A DNA stretch of 64,000 nucleotides from a virus (IMGVR_UViG_3300021399_000111:1-64000), one strand, 5' to 3'; shown: positions 28,101 to 38,140, numbered from the stretch's first letter. Made by a program: numbers and translations. The notes: generated by a model from the sequence alone, not told the origin.

Positions 28101-31069
28101 AGGCCGCAGTCAAAACAGCTAAAGATGCTTTAGACAATGCGAAAGATACTTATGATAAAGCAAAAGATTATTTAGATCGTTATGATGAAACAATTGATGA
28201 AATTCAAAGTAATCAAGAAACAATGCTTGACCAGCTTTATCAAATAATTGAAAATAATCTTAAAGAATTTGAAATTAGTATTCAATTAAATCTTGATGTA
28301 AATGAAGCTACTAGAACAATTAATGAATTCTTTAAAACTATTAATAATGACTTTAAAAAGACATATAAATCAATTAAAGATTGGAATGAATTATTTGATA
28401 TTGCAAGATCAGATACTAATTCATATACAGCGGGTGCGGATGCCACTATACCTACTGACTTAAGAGCATTGCAACAAGTCAAAGATATAATTGATAATCC
28501 AGATTATAATTATCTTTCTGAAGATTCTATGTTTGGTAGCCGTGAAGAGGCTATTCAAAAATATAAAGAATTAAATGACCAATTAAGATCTGATGCGGAA
28601 GCTCTTTATCATTTGTATGAAGAAACATGGAACACTTATTTAAGTGCCATGGATGAAAGCATTAGCCAATGGCAAGAAGTTGAACAAGAATTTGAAGATA
28701 TAAATGATGAATTAGATCATTATGCTAAACTTAATGAATTATTATATGGCGGTGAGGATACTCAGCAAGGTAGAGAAAATTTAAACGATATTTATGAAGC
28801 ACAAATTGAAAATTCTTTACAAAAACAAAAATTTTTACAAGCCCAAGTTGAAGCATGGCAAAAAGAGCGTGAAGAATTGATTGCCGCTGGTGCTCAAGAG
28901 GGTGATGAAGATATTGCAAAGATTGATGATAGACTTAAAGAATTAAATAAAGATATTAATAGTGAAATTGAAAATTATGCAGATAGTATTATAAAGAGAA
29001 TGCAAAATACTAATGCTATTGCGAAAGATAACATGGATAGAGATATCTGGGGTAGATCTTTTAGCGATGTTCAAGAGCGTTGGCAGGATGCGAAAAAACA
29101 AGCAGATGGATATTATGATTCAGTAGAAAAGATTTATGAATTACAAAGTTTACAATCTAAGTGGCAAGATGCTATTAACTCTACTTCTTCTGTTAAAACA
29201 CAACAACAATTAGCTGCTTTAATGAATAAACAGTTAGAGGGGTTAGAAGAAAAGACCGCCTTAAGCGAAACAGATGTTGAATTAGCAGAAAAAGAGTTGG
29301 AAGTTTATAAAGCGCAAGTTGAACTTGAAAATGCACAAAATAATAAAAATGCTATGAAATTAGTTAGAAATCAACAAGGTAATTGGGCTTATCAATATGT
29401 TGTTGATGAAGATGATGTTGCGGCAAAGCAACAAGATGTTCTTGATAAAACTAATCAATGGCGGACAGCATCTATTAATGCAGCTGAAGAAGTTCAAAAT
29501 AAAATATATGAAGCATATGAAGAATTCACTTCGAGATTATTAGCAATTGAAAATGATGTTACATTATCAGAACAAGAAAGAGCTGAAAAAGTTGAATATC
29601 TTAATAACCTCTATTGGGGTAGTGATGGTATTATTACAAAAGCGGTAGAAGATTCTAACTTTTATCAACAAAAGGCAAATGAAGCAACAGTTATTGAATT
29701 AGGTGGATTATATCAAACAGATAAAGAAAATTATGAGAAAATGACTGGCGCGGAAAAATCATTAGTCGATGAATTAAATAGGCATGGAATAACATCTTAT
29801 GAAGGCTTAAGAGATGCTGTTATAAAGGATACTTATAAACCATTGATTGATGGAGCTAAAGCGGTTAATACAGATTCTACTATATCTTGGAAAACTCTTG
29901 CTGATACAGTTAATAGATTAATGACAGAAGATGGAACAGGTGTTTTACCTAAAGTAACTACGGCGGAAGGCGCAATGCAGCAAGCTTTTGATCAATATAA
30001 AATAGATGTTACAAATAGTGAAGAAGCAATTAAAAAACCATGGAGTAATGTTGCTGGGGAAGTAGGAGGAGTTCGAGATCGCATAGGTGAAGCAGCCCAG
30101 AACATTGGAAATTTAATAGGTCAAACAAATGCTTTAAGTGAATTTAGAACAGTTGTTGAAAAAGTTGGTACTGCTTGGGGTGATGTTGAAACGGCCATCA
30201 AAAATGCGGTTGGCGAATTAGCTAATTATCTTGAGTTATTAAAACAACCTACTCAAATTCCTCAACCTAGTACACCAAATATTACACCTCAAGCAAGTGC
30301 GGGAGGCACGCCTAGCACTGGAAACTCATCTAATACAGGAAGTACACCTGCTGTTGAAAGCTCACCAACGCCCGCTCCTAGTGGACCATCTAATGAACCT
30401 TGGTATACTCAAAAACTTACAAATGGTGGTACGAATGTTTCTGAACGAAAGCAATGGGATACTGAACAAGCAGCAAGAGGTTACATTAATGCGCAAGGTG
30501 GAACAGTATTAGGAGTAAATGGACATGTTATAGCTTGGGAAAAAGCTGAAAAAATTGAAAGATGGAAAGCTGTGGGAATTGATGCTTATGGTCATAATGC
30601 AGAAAGTAGTGGATTTGATTCAAAAGAGGCTGCTGAAGATGGAGGAAAAAAATTAGTGGAGAGTAGACAATGGAGAACATTCACTGGTGCTCAACAATAT
30701 GCAACAGGTGGCTACACTGGTGAATGGACTGGCTCTGAAGGTAAGTTAGCACTTCTCCATTCAAAAGAATTAGTATTAAATGCAGATGATACTGAAAATA
30801 TGTTAAATGCAGTTTCTATAATCAGAGACATAGCTAATATTGGAAACTCATTTGCTAGTTCGATAGCTAGTGGATTAAGGGGTATGGTAGCTAATATATT
30901 GGGTGTAAAGAGCGGAGAGATTGCGGCCGCCGCATCTAATGAAAATACAAATAATACATTTAATATTACCGCACAATTCCCTAATGCGAATAGTGTTGCA
31001 GAAATTCAAGAAGCAATTCTTAGTCTTCCAACATTAGCATCACAATATCTTGCACAAAGAAATGTATAA
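22187..31069 (+). CDS. tape measure protein (2960 aa)
   Basis: TP901-type core (LTNIQIVTG...AAATASS...GTAFKTIFARI...VAGTRQYNQLVALM), long coiled coils, C-terminal YATGGYTG..GKLALLH.KELVLN motif. Confidence 0.92.
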   Translation: MAKQLNVNLQFTADTQQAQKQLQDLQQSLTKIVQSAGMNSPFGLTKEIGSAVEQANKLQIALQRATTDTGKLDLGQFHQELQKTNLDASKIAQSLISLGPEGQAAFSKLAQSVTIAEIPLKRSNTLLTQFATTLKNTARWQISSSILHGFMGSLQSAYYYAQDLNESLTNIQIVTGQSSEQMAEFAKQANEAAKNLSTTTTAYTDAALIFYQQGLTGEDVTKRTDTVIKMANVTGESAADVSSYMTAIWNNFDDGSESLEHYADVITALGAATASSSEEIAQGLEKFAAIGETVGLSYDYATSALATVVANTRQSADTVGTAFKTIFARIQGLQLGETLEDGVDLNKYSKALDAVGVSVLDATGNMRDLDNILDDLAIKWETLSSAQQTALAQTVAGTRQYNQLVALMNNWGDMQTNLATARDSEGTLQQQQDVYAEGWEAANKRVKASFQSIYTDLVDSGFFIKLADTITIAVDGIHNLIQSLGGLKGLLPIISSLMLSAFGKDISKAISNAAYNFQLFTKKGKEQIIEMRTVFNQELQNMTKDNSLDLSWIYQQQGTLQQQLIDKTTQLQHANIELSEIEQQQIKMLMDENALYAEQYQFAMKQLEVIQEEIAVLQQKAVIQSKGMDLNLPEGASLSQYLNNLNNISEKWEEVYRIKEAFNDTSGSFGDSAALKALKEFKKALEDISPVMQDDTGYIAEMYNALDKLQNAKGPKEIDKAFIELEGTLEAIGTSQFDNLINNIDSTTKEGKALIKTLEALQSKWSQHGDAVFQTSKAYQNINNNFKTTEKTIQNFSGKIPSLSDKFIQSATSASRFVMGINSLKSAFEAFKDGDLFSGFTSLLFAIPAIKPVLEGFKDIPVVVNGIKAASQQTRLLSESIMAETAATQASEVANKKEAISKEARIAADALLAKEKNVVVETEIRGLAKVITAEELEKLKNGELTISEIAKNHEKELGLKIDARHFTNSPKRIAALEAEANANWADTAAIEAKNAAESASATSSTAAAAAERAGAEATAGLAAAAGVATIAITALVLIIGAVVKVQKEKLKQQIEIAKAQIEEANATQKQVDANEDLYNSYEKLYEQYKNGEDVKSQLDETTKQLYESYGIEISYLDELNNRYDKYIEKLREARKSELEDAVGSAQQEQTAAGHQMVAAARGGRGYLLGDYYNIGFNYGGFAGFGLNEESDRLVEERANQMGVDLDAKFKEDDYASYVEYYDQINKLLTSIETDETLKPSDYQSSEYYKQMKEWRDRMKESVEAYKAATEDIQKYSAQLAVIQTDFYNINSLEEYENKIAEVSAELEKQGVENPEQVARSYAVVNSEVAKSFDNQLKLISEFGDKWQNLTDEEIRNLVETYSDTDLNLVYNLGVNPGSIEEFEHYLNYIQSLAERENITVKVNLVTTAMEEINKDGQISDETLEQLKEEYSDKDEEFWNNLVGSTRAEQINIINDLLEEQTKLILDNAEARKQASKEAQENAETRQAEIEGENGLLAQAKRKLEALENESHYASWDGQKEAIEEAKNTVQELENELETLKNTDYTIEINIVDTALEIFENRVNGIIDSAKEIKNAVELIGEGFIVAAGDAEQLFAVYPALQNAAEVLANGDIQLNQEVVQAILNGNKEVIESNSKVEEAKLETQIEVLQAEINYNQQRMEILDKYLKSQINQKEAENELNKASAEYKAKLIDAVGETEVEAARQSAQANKETSDVVLANFDKIGAQAKVLGKAIIQALAGQDVTYNPHSVGATAGNLSSYENYADKAIGSVQGNSDFTAEAEAEMARLKEETPELEKQLAHFQLLLSKLRAGTASTIEAINGAGSAKVESGGPARDPKQEEHEEYVEDLADRYHDLNEAIQEVEHSMSMLSKHQDHLSGASLIEALRKQNELLVQQRKNYEALNEELIKEAGELQGKLLNYGASFGADGSLLNYTDTFNAIKAEYNNAVTAYNAVVDWFNTLSAEEQDSVGEAAVKTAKDALDNAKDTYDKAKDYLDRYDETIDEIQSNQETMLDQLYQIIENNLKEFEISIQLNLDVNEATRTINEFFKTINNDFKKTYKSIKDWNELFDIARSDTNSYTAGADATIPTDLRALQQVKDIIDNPDYNYLSEDSMFGSREEAIQKYKELNDQLRSDAEALYHLYEETWNTYLSAMDESISQWQEVEQEFEDINDELDHYAKLNELLYGGEDTQQGRENLNDIYEAQIENSLQKQKFLQAQVEAWQKEREELIAAGAQEGDEDIAKIDDRLKELNKDINSEIENYADSIIKRMQNTNAIAKDNMDRDIWGRSFSDVQERWQDAKKQADGYYDSVEKIYELQSLQSKWQDAINSTSSVKTQQQLAALMNKQLEGLEEKTALSETDVELAEKELEVYKAQVELENAQNNKNAMKLVRNQQGNWAYQYVVDEDDVAAKQQDVLDKTNQWRTASINAAEEVQNKIYEAYEEFTSRLLAIENDVTLSEQERAEKVEYLNNLYWGSDGIITKAVEDSNFYQQKANEATVIELGGLYQTDKENYEKMTGAEKSLVDELNRHGITSYEGLRDAVIKDTYKPLIDGAKAVNTDSTISWKTLADTVNRLMTEDGTGVLPKVTTAEGAMQQAFDQYKIDVTNSEEAIKKPWSNVAGEVGGVRDRIGEAAQNIGNLIGQTNALSEFRTVVEKVGTAWGDVETAIKNAVGELANYLELLKQPTQIPQPSTPNITPQASAGGTPSTGNSSNTGSTPAVESSPTPAPSGPSNEPWYTQKLTNGGTNVSERKQWDTEQAARGYINAQGGTVLGVNGHVIAWEKAEKIERWKAVGIDAYGHNAESSGFDSKEAAEDGGKKLVESRQWRTFTGAQQYATGGYTGEWTGSEGKLALLHSKELVLNADDTENMLNAVSIIRDIANIGNSFASSIASGLRGMVANILGVKSGEIAAAASNENTNNTFNITAQFPNANSVAEIQEAILSLPTLASQYLAQRNV

Positions 31070-31073
31070 AATG

Positions 31074-31100
31074 AGAGGGGGCAATAGCCCCCTCTTTTTT
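31074..31100 (+). terminator. intrinsic terminator after tape measure
   Basis: AGAGGGGGC-AATA-GCCCCCTCT-TTTTT. Confidence 0.85.
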
Positions 31101-31214
31101 ATTGGACTTATTACATTAATTTATTTAAATAACTTTTCTATTTATATAGCAATAAAATTTGACAAATTACAATATTTTTGATATAATATAAGAGATAAAA
31201 GGAGGTTTATCATA

Positions 31215-34200
31215 ATGAATGAACTTCAAACTAGCTTATTTGAGGCTATGAAGGCATTTGCGGATAATGCAAAACAAAATAGTAATGCCACATTAACAAT
31301 TGAAGCTAGCATAATTGATATTATTGATGAAGGTAAAGGGGAATATAAAGTTAATTATTTAGGACAAAAATTTTCCGCCTTTACTAATAATCCTAATTTA
31401 GTGTATTCTGTTGGCGATGATGTTTTTGTATTAGTGCCTGATGGTAATTTTGATAAAAAGAAAACTATATTAGGTTTGTCTTCTCCCCAAGCTACATATT
31501 CTACTGTATCTGATGATGAAGATAATAATATTACTTATTATGATTTAAGTGATAACTTATTAGATTTTACTAGATTAGATGATGACCATTGGTATAATGG
31601 TATGTTAAGTCTTTCTTCTTATGAAGAAATACCTGTAGATTATGGTGACGGAGAAATACTCTATATTAATGCTAAACATGACGAAGATGAATTTAGTGCA
31701 TTCAACAATCCTACTGTCTTTATAGATAGTTTAAATAATTATTTAAAATATTCTCGTGTATTAAAATTAAGTTTTTTAGTAAAAACAGATTTATTGTTAG
31801 AAAGACAAAATTCTGGCAGATATGGTATTTCTATTTATGGGTCAAAAGGAGATGACACATTTACATCTATTTATTCATTAAATACAGATAATATGTTAGG
31901 TAATCCATATAGATATACAGAATGGACTCCGCAAACATTATATATTACAGTAGATGATGATTTTGGAATTGATAAAGATACAGATTCATTTTGTTTATCT
32001 TTCTTTTGTTATGGATTCCCATTAGATAACAGTCATCTTCCTAGTAAAGACATTTACATTAAAAATATTTCTTTAAAATCTGTTGCGGCAATCGCTCAAG
32101 ATGAAAATGGTTACATCTTAACCTTAAATGCAACTGAAGGCTTATTTTTTAATGAAGGGTATAATCCAGTTAAAAAGATAACTCCTACTTTAAAAATCAA
32201 TGGAAAAACTGTTGATTTTATGCATGGAAAAGATACAAAAGTATTCTGGTTTAAACAGAATAGTATGATTAACGCACAGAATGAAAGATATTTAAGTTAT
32301 GCGGGGCCGGGTTGGGAGTGTTTAAATGAGTCTACGGGAGTAACAAACAACCCTGATGGTAGCGTTACATTAGATTGGGTTACAAATAATAGTACATTAA
32401 TTGTTAATAAACAAGATATTTATGATACAATGATATATAAATGTATTATTATTTATGATGGAAAACAGGTTTCCGCAAATATAGAATTAACTAATACAAT
32501 TAGTAATGCTTTTCTCGTATTAAATACAACTACTGGTTCTAAAAAATATGTACGAAATGCTGGTAAAGTAGAATTCGTTACAGATGTCTATTTTACTAAT
32601 GACAGTTATACAAAAACTAGTGCTTATAAAAATAGATTTATTTATTATTGGGGAAGAAGAGATAAGAAAGGTAAATATATTGATGATAATAGTATTGTCA
32701 ATGTTGATGATTATAATATAACTTCAAATGGCATTACAGCAGAATCATTAAATGAATGCGTATCTAAAAATGTTAGAGGTATCGTTCAGCCTTTATATGA
32801 AAGTATTTTTTCAATTCCAGTTTCTTTAATAGATGAATCTAATACTTTCTATTGTACTGCACTTTATGTTGATGACAATAATAATCTTATTACTATTGGT
32901 ACAAAAGAAATTATAATTACAACAACTGATTATGAAGGTTATCAATTAATTGTTGATAATGAAAATACTTTATATAAATATGATGTTGATGGTGATAGTC
33001 CTATGGGTGAAGCTTATGATGGCCCATCTACATCTAAGATCACTGCAACAAAACCATTAACATTTAGAGTTAATAAACCAGATGGAACTGAATTAACTGA
33101 TAGTGAATATTTGGCTTTACATTATGTTTGGAAAATTCCTAAAAATTCTTTATTTGTAGTTAGAGAGTATACAGATGAAGATGATGATTATAAATATGTA
33201 AGAGGAACTGATGGGCATGATGTAGGATTAAGTTATGGGATAGCTAGCCGCTTTTCACCGGCTGCCGCAGATAAAAAATTAACTTTGACTATTGATTTTA
33301 ATGGAACAACAATAGAAAAGCAAGTTAATATTATTTTTATGAAAGAAGGTGAAGGTGGAACTAATGGGACTGCGTATGCGGCGGTCCTTGTTTCGGGAGC
33401 TTCTATCGAGAGCGAGTGTAGTCCTTATTCTGATGATAAAAAATTAATTTATAAAATGTCAGAGGAAAAGGGAGGATATTTAATATATTTTTTTAATTAT
33501 TCTACAAACAGTTGGGATTTTGATAGTAGTAGCTATTATCCTATTTATCCTAGAGTATATCGAGATAGTGAATTATTAGATCCTAGTGCTTATAATATTG
33601 AGTATTCTATGTTTGATAGTTCAGAGAAATCTGGCACAGCAAATCCTTATTTTGAGATTCCTGAAGGGGAAAAAGGTGGAAATACTTCAGGTAAAGGAAT
33701 TGTAATACATAGTGAAAACCCTAATTATAATCCAGAAGAAGTTCCTTGTACTGTTTTACAGGCTAAAATAACGGTATATCCTGGTAATGCGGGTACACCG
33801 CGTGGCAATGATAGGCCTTTAGGATCTCCATTTATTATATACGCATATTATCCTATTGATATATTTTTTGTTTATGATTATATGAATAGGGATTTATTAC
33901 CAAAAATTAATAATGGGTTTAATCAAGTAATGTATGAATCAGATGGTACAAATCCTTCTTATTCTAGTTCTCAATTTACTTTTGATTTATGTTCGTTGAC
34001 CTCTTCAGAAGATGCTGGGACTATCGACTCTATATTGGACAATGAGAATACTTACTATACATTAACTGCAAATGGAGATACTATTGGAGGACATTTAAAA
34101 TTAAATGGTACTCCTACTGTTTTAGAGTCCGGTTCGACTATTGCTATGCAAGTTAAGCCAGATATGAAATATGATGATGGTAATGCTCATACTTATGTAA

Positions 34201-37200
34201 GTGCAGTAATTACTCAAAATAATACTAATTGGAATTCTAAAAAATTACAACAAAAACAAAATGAATTAGAAGATAAGCTTGATAAAATAGGTAATCAACT
34301 TAGCCAATTAGAAAATAGTAAAGAGGCATTACAAAGTTTTGCTAATGAATTTAATTTTAATAATTATATTAATGCATTAAAAGAATTACAAACATTTTTA
34401 AATGAAAAAGAAACAGGTATTATTAAATTAAAAAATATTCTTCAATATTGTGATGAAATTTTATCTTATATAAATATTCAAAAAGCTTTTAATAATCCTA
34501 ATATTGAATATGTATGTTATAGCACTATTGATGTTATAAATACATTAATGATTGATGTATATCAAGCGCAAAAACAGATTAATCATTTAGATAATAGTCC
34601 AGGATATACTCCTAGTGATTTAATTTCATTAAGTTCAGATGAAATACCTTGGGATTCTACTATTGAGGAAAATTATAAAAATAGCTTAGGCTTAAATTGT
34701 ATGATTACAATAAGGTCTGCAAAAGATGATATTAATAATAATATTTCCGCATATCAAAATATTTATGATTTATTATTAAATACTTCTAGTGAAACTATTG
34801 ATAGTTTTAATGGAATTATAAATGATATTACTTCTGCTTGCAGTTATATTACTGATGATAAATTACCTGAATATGTTGATTTAAAAAATAAAATTCTTAA
34901 ATATTTAGATGAATTTAAAAAGCATTCTTCTATTACAGAATTAATTAATATTTTAAATCAAATGTATTTTAATGTTTTAAGAGGTACTTTTGATTTAAGC
35001 GGGAGCTCTTTAAAATTATCTGCTGCAACGGAAAATTATTTTGAAAAAACAGAAAATAATTTGAAGATTCAAGGAAATTCGATTTCTGCTTTATATAATT
35101 ATGTTTATAATTGTAGACGTCGTTGGCAAAACGGACTTCCTATAGAATTGGCTAGATATGTTCGTTCAATTCCTATTTATTATAGTAGAATAGGCCTTGC
35201 TGAATTAGATGCATGGGATGGAAATAAAGTTGATATTGGTGATGACTATATATTAACGCCATGGATGGGTGCTGGTAAAACTGATACTGAAAATAAATTT
35301 ACTGGTATACTCATGGGAGCCGTTATGAAGAGGAGCGGCCGCCACATAGGTTTATTTGGTTATAGTAAAGAAATTCAAACTTTATTTTTAGATGCGGAAA
35401 AAGGTTCTGCAATCTTTGGAAAAGCGGGTAATGGACAACTTTATTTAGATCCAGATAAAGATCAATTAATGATATATAGTTCTAACTTTTGGAAAAATTA
35501 TACAACAGATGGCTATCCAAATGGCTATGATCCAACGAATGAAAATGGAGAAGGATTATGTATTAATTTTTCAGAACCTTATATTAGATATGGTAATGGG
35601 AAGTTTACTGTCGATAAAAATGGTAATGCACATATTGGCGGAAATGGTGATAGTGATGTAGGTGGATGGGATATCCATGATACATATTTAGCTTCCGCAA
35701 ATTATGAATCAAGTGGGCATACTGTTGGTATTAAATTAGATGCTTTAAATAATGCTATTATTTTTGGAGCTTCTGATGGTGTAATTTATTCTGGACAACA
35801 TGATTCTCTTGATAAAACGGAGCCTGGTTTTTATTTAAGTAATCAAGGAATTTCTATTGGGAAAGGCTTTCAAGTTGATGAAGGTGGAATTCTTCGTTTA
35901 GGAAATCCTACACAAGGAGGCTATTTTGAAGTTAATTCAAGAGAAAATGAACTTAGTTCTTTTGATCCATGGCAAAGTGATTTTATACATGTTGGATTTT
36001 TAGCTTATAATTCAAGTTCAGATCCTAGTTATACAAATTATCAAAAATTTGGTGCATATCTTCCTTCTGTTAGAAGATATTTAACACCCCAAATTGAAGA
36101 AGAAAGTTCTGGTACTTATGTTGATCCGGGAGGTCATACTCAATTACTCAAATGGAACTATTTAAGATGTATGCGAGATATTGTTGATACATGGCAAATT
36201 GGAACAGATACTTTGTTAGGAAGAATTTCTAAATTCTTATATAATAAAACATTAGGGGAATATACTATTTTTAGAGATTACCCAAAACCGCCTGTTCAAT
36301 TTGTACCAGGAGGATTTAATGACCATGAAGTATATGTTGGTATAGATGGAATTCGACTTGGTAAATATTTTGCAGTAAATAATGAAGGTAGTTTACAAGC
36401 AGTTGGTTCTTCTTTTAGTCATTGTGTAATAGATAATACTTATATTAAATATGCTTATATTGAAAATGCTTGTTTAAGCGGGACCGAAAATCCTATTGAA
36501 ATACATGATACTAAAATAAAAAATGCTGTTATAGAACAGGGTGATTTATATGGAACTCCTGAAGAGCCTATTGAAATCGCTTATGCTCATTTATATGGAG
36601 ATAATACTCCAGATGTAAGGAATCCTGAAGGACATCCTATTACGATTGACTATGTGCAACTTACAGACGCTAAGGTTGTCAATGATATGGATGTTGAGGG
36701 AGATTTAATTGTAGCTGAAGAAAAAGGTATTAGATATAAATATTCATTAGGAGGACACCCAGAACAATTTAAAACTCAAAGATTATTACTCCCACCAGAA
36801 ATGGGGCACGGAGTAATTGATTATAAAAGAAGGTATATTGATATAGGATTTTTCCCTGAGATTGGGGATACTTATTATGCTGATGTAAGAGGTAACCCAA
36901 GTGTTTGGGCAAGCCATGCTTTTTATTCAGGTATTAAAGAATATGATTATCCACAGGATTATGAAGGTGAAAAATTAGGAGAATGTCGTTATGCTACTTG
37001 GGGACTTTCTTTAACAGAAAATCATGTTTTTGAATATGCTGTTAATGGATATGATGAGGTGTGGACTGCAGGAGGTTCTGTTGATAGAGTTTTTGGGTAT
37101 CCTCATGTATATTTTAAAACAAATAATAAAGATGGTATTAATGCAGAAGTTTATGGTAATTTCCATGGAACTTTTACTCCAGATACAGATGTATCAGATA

Positions 37201-37511
37201 TAAGATATAAACAATTACATTCTGAGTGGATTAATCCTGAATTATCTAAAAAATTAATTTGCAGTATAAATCCAATAGCATTTATTTATACAAATGGAAC
37301 AAAAGGAAATCATAGAGGATTTTCAGCTCAACAAGTTAAAGCAGTATTAGATGAATTAGGTTTACCTGAACAGATTTATTATTATGATGAAAAAGAAGAT
37401 AAATATTATTTATCAAAAGATGAATTGATACCAGATCTTGTAAATTGTATACAAGATCTGTATAAACAAATAGAAGAGTTAAAGGAGAAAATTAATGAAC
37501 ACACAAATTGA
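31215..37511 (+). CDS. large tail tip/spike protein with C-terminal intramolecular chaperone (peptidase S74-like)
   Basis: 2098 aa; C-terminal SDIRYK...INPIAF...GFSAQQV...LIPDLVNCIQDL plus coiled coil; beta-helix-like repeats; promoter at about 31159-31187. Confidence 0.8.
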   Translation: MNELQTSLFEAMKAFADNAKQNSNATLTIEASIIDIIDEGKGEYKVNYLGQKFSAFTNNPNLVYSVGDDVFVLVPDGNFDKKKTILGLSSPQATYSTVSDDEDNNITYYDLSDNLLDFTRLDDDHWYNGMLSLSSYEEIPVDYGDGEILYINAKHDEDEFSAFNNPTVFIDSLNNYLKYSRVLKLSFLVKTDLLLERQNSGRYGISIYGSKGDDTFTSIYSLNTDNMLGNPYRYTEWTPQTLYITVDDDFGIDKDTDSFCLSFFCYGFPLDNSHLPSKDIYIKNISLKSVAAIAQDENGYILTLNATEGLFFNEGYNPVKKITPTLKINGKTVDFMHGKDTKVFWFKQNSMINAQNERYLSYAGPGWECLNESTGVTNNPDGSVTLDWVTNNSTLIVNKQDIYDTMIYKCIIIYDGKQVSANIELTNTISNAFLVLNTTTGSKKYVRNAGKVEFVTDVYFTNDSYTKTSAYKNRFIYYWGRRDKKGKYIDDNSIVNVDDYNITSNGITAESLNECVSKNVRGIVQPLYESIFSIPVSLIDESNTFYCTALYVDDNNNLITIGTKEIIITTTDYEGYQLIVDNENTLYKYDVDGDSPMGEAYDGPSTSKITATKPLTFRVNKPDGTELTDSEYLALHYVWKIPKNSLFVVREYTDEDDDYKYVRGTDGHDVGLSYGIASRFSPAAADKKLTLTIDFNGTTIEKQVNIIFMKEGEGGTNGTAYAAVLVSGASIESECSPYSDDKKLIYKMSEEKGGYLIYFFNYSTNSWDFDSSSYYPIYPRVYRDSELLDPSAYNIEYSMFDSSEKSGTANPYFEIPEGEKGGNTSGKGIVIHSENPNYNPEEVPCTVLQAKITVYPGNAGTPRGNDRPLGSPFIIYAYYPIDIFFVYDYMNRDLLPKINNGFNQVMYESDGTNPSYSSSQFTFDLCSLTSSEDAGTIDSILDNENTYYTLTANGDTIGGHLKLNGTPTVLESGSTIAMQVKPDMKYDDGNAHTYVSAVITQNNTNWNSKKLQQKQNELEDKLDKIGNQLSQLENSKEALQSFANEFNFNNYINALKELQTFLNEKETGIIKLKNILQYCDEILSYINIQKAFNNPNIEYVCYSTIDVINTLMIDVYQAQKQINHLDNSPGYTPSDLISLSSDEIPWDSTIEENYKNSLGLNCMITIRSAKDDINNNISAYQNIYDLLLNTSSETIDSFNGIINDITSACSYITDDKLPEYVDLKNKILKYLDEFKKHSSITELINILNQMYFNVLRGTFDLSGSSLKLSAATENYFEKTENNLKIQGNSISALYNYVYNCRRRWQNGLPIELARYVRSIPIYYSRIGLAELDAWDGNKVDIGDDYILTPWMGAGKTDTENKFTGILMGAVMKRSGRHIGLFGYSKEIQTLFLDAEKGSAIFGKAGNGQLYLDPDKDQLMIYSSNFWKNYTTDGYPNGYDPTNENGEGLCINFSEPYIRYGNGKFTVDKNGNAHIGGNGDSDVGGWDIHDTYLASANYESSGHTVGIKLDALNNAIIFGASDGVIYSGQHDSLDKTEPGFYLSNQGISIGKGFQVDEGGILRLGNPTQGGYFEVNSRENELSSFDPWQSDFIHVGFLAYNSSSDPSYTNYQKFGAYLPSVRRYLTPQIEEESSGTYVDPGGHTQLLKWNYLRCMRDIVDTWQIGTDTLLGRISKFLYNKTLGEYTIFRDYPKPPVQFVPGGFNDHEVYVGIDGIRLGKYFAVNNEGSLQAVGSSFSHCVIDNTYIKYAYIENACLSGTENPIEIHDTKIKNAVIEQGDLYGTPEEPIEIAYAHLYGDNTPDVRNPEGHPITIDYVQLTDAKVVNDMDVEGDLIVAEEKGIRYKYSLGGHPEQFKTQRLLLPPEMGHGVIDYKRRYIDIGFFPEIGDTYYADVRGNPSVWASHAFYSGIKEYDYPQDYEGEKLGECRYATWGLSLTENHVFEYAVNGYDEVWTAGGSVDRVFGYPHVYFKTNNKDGINAEVYGNFHGTFTPDTDVSDIRYKQLHSEWINPELSKKLICSINPIAFIYTNGTKGNHRGFSAQQVKAVLDELGLPEQIYYYDEKEDKYYLSKDELIPDLVNCIQDLYKQIEELKEKINEHTN

Positions 37512-37683
37512 ACAATTTAGAAAAAAGTTATTAAATTGTATTGCACAAGAGAAACTTCCTGTTGGAGTAACATTTTTAATTTTAAAAGATATTTTAAATG
37601 ATGTTGCTCTTGCTTATGACCAGGTTCTTGCTCAAGAGCAACAAAAAGCTAAAGAAACTGAGGTAAAGGAGGAAGAAGAATAA
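37495..37683 (+). CDS. small tail-associated protein (62 aa)
   Basis: AAGGAG RBS, overlaps the previous stop. Confidence 0.6.
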   Translation: MNTQIEQFRKKLLNCIAQEKLPVGVTFLILKDILNDVALAYDQVLAQEQQKAKETEVKEEEE

Positions 37684-37684
37684 T

Positions 37685-38026
37685 ATGGATATTCAAACAA
37701 TTGTTGCTATTATTACAGTAATTATTGTTCTTGCGGCAGCCACTATTTCAGGATTTTTATTTTTTGTTAAGTTACCTAAAGAACAGAAAATTAAAAATCT
37801 TAAAGAATGGCTCAAGTGGGCAGTTGTTGAGGCTGAAAAAGCATTAGGCTCAGGTACTGGTCAGCTTAAGCTTAGAATGGTGTATGACATGGCCGCCGCC
37901 AAGTTTCCTTGGGTAGTCAAACTTGTTTCTTTTGATTTATTTAGTGCATGGGTTGATGAAGCATTAGAATGGATGCGGAAACAATTAAGTGAAAATAAAG
38001 CATTAAAATGTTATGTAAATGAATAA
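37685..38026 (+). CDS. holin (LL-H-like)
   Basis: N-terminal TM helix, then WAVVEAEKALGSGTGQLKL. Confidence 0.75.
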   Translation: MDIQTIVAIITVIIVLAAATISGFLFFVKLPKEQKIKNLKEWLKWAVVEAEKALGSGTGQLKLRMVYDMAAAKFPWVVKLVSFDLFSAWVDEALEWMRKQLSENKALKCYVNE

Positions 38027-38034
38027 TTATTATG

Positions 38035-38067
38035 TAGGGGATGTAGAAATACATCCCCTATTTTTTT
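38035..38067 (+). terminator. intrinsic terminator
   Basis: TAGGGGATGTA-GAAA-TACATCCCCTA-TTTTTTT. Confidence 0.85.
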
Positions 38068-38140
38068 GGTTATAAGTCATTAATTCATTTATGCAAAAAT
38101 CTAATTATTTAGAAGGGAATCTTTAAATTGGAAGAAAGAG

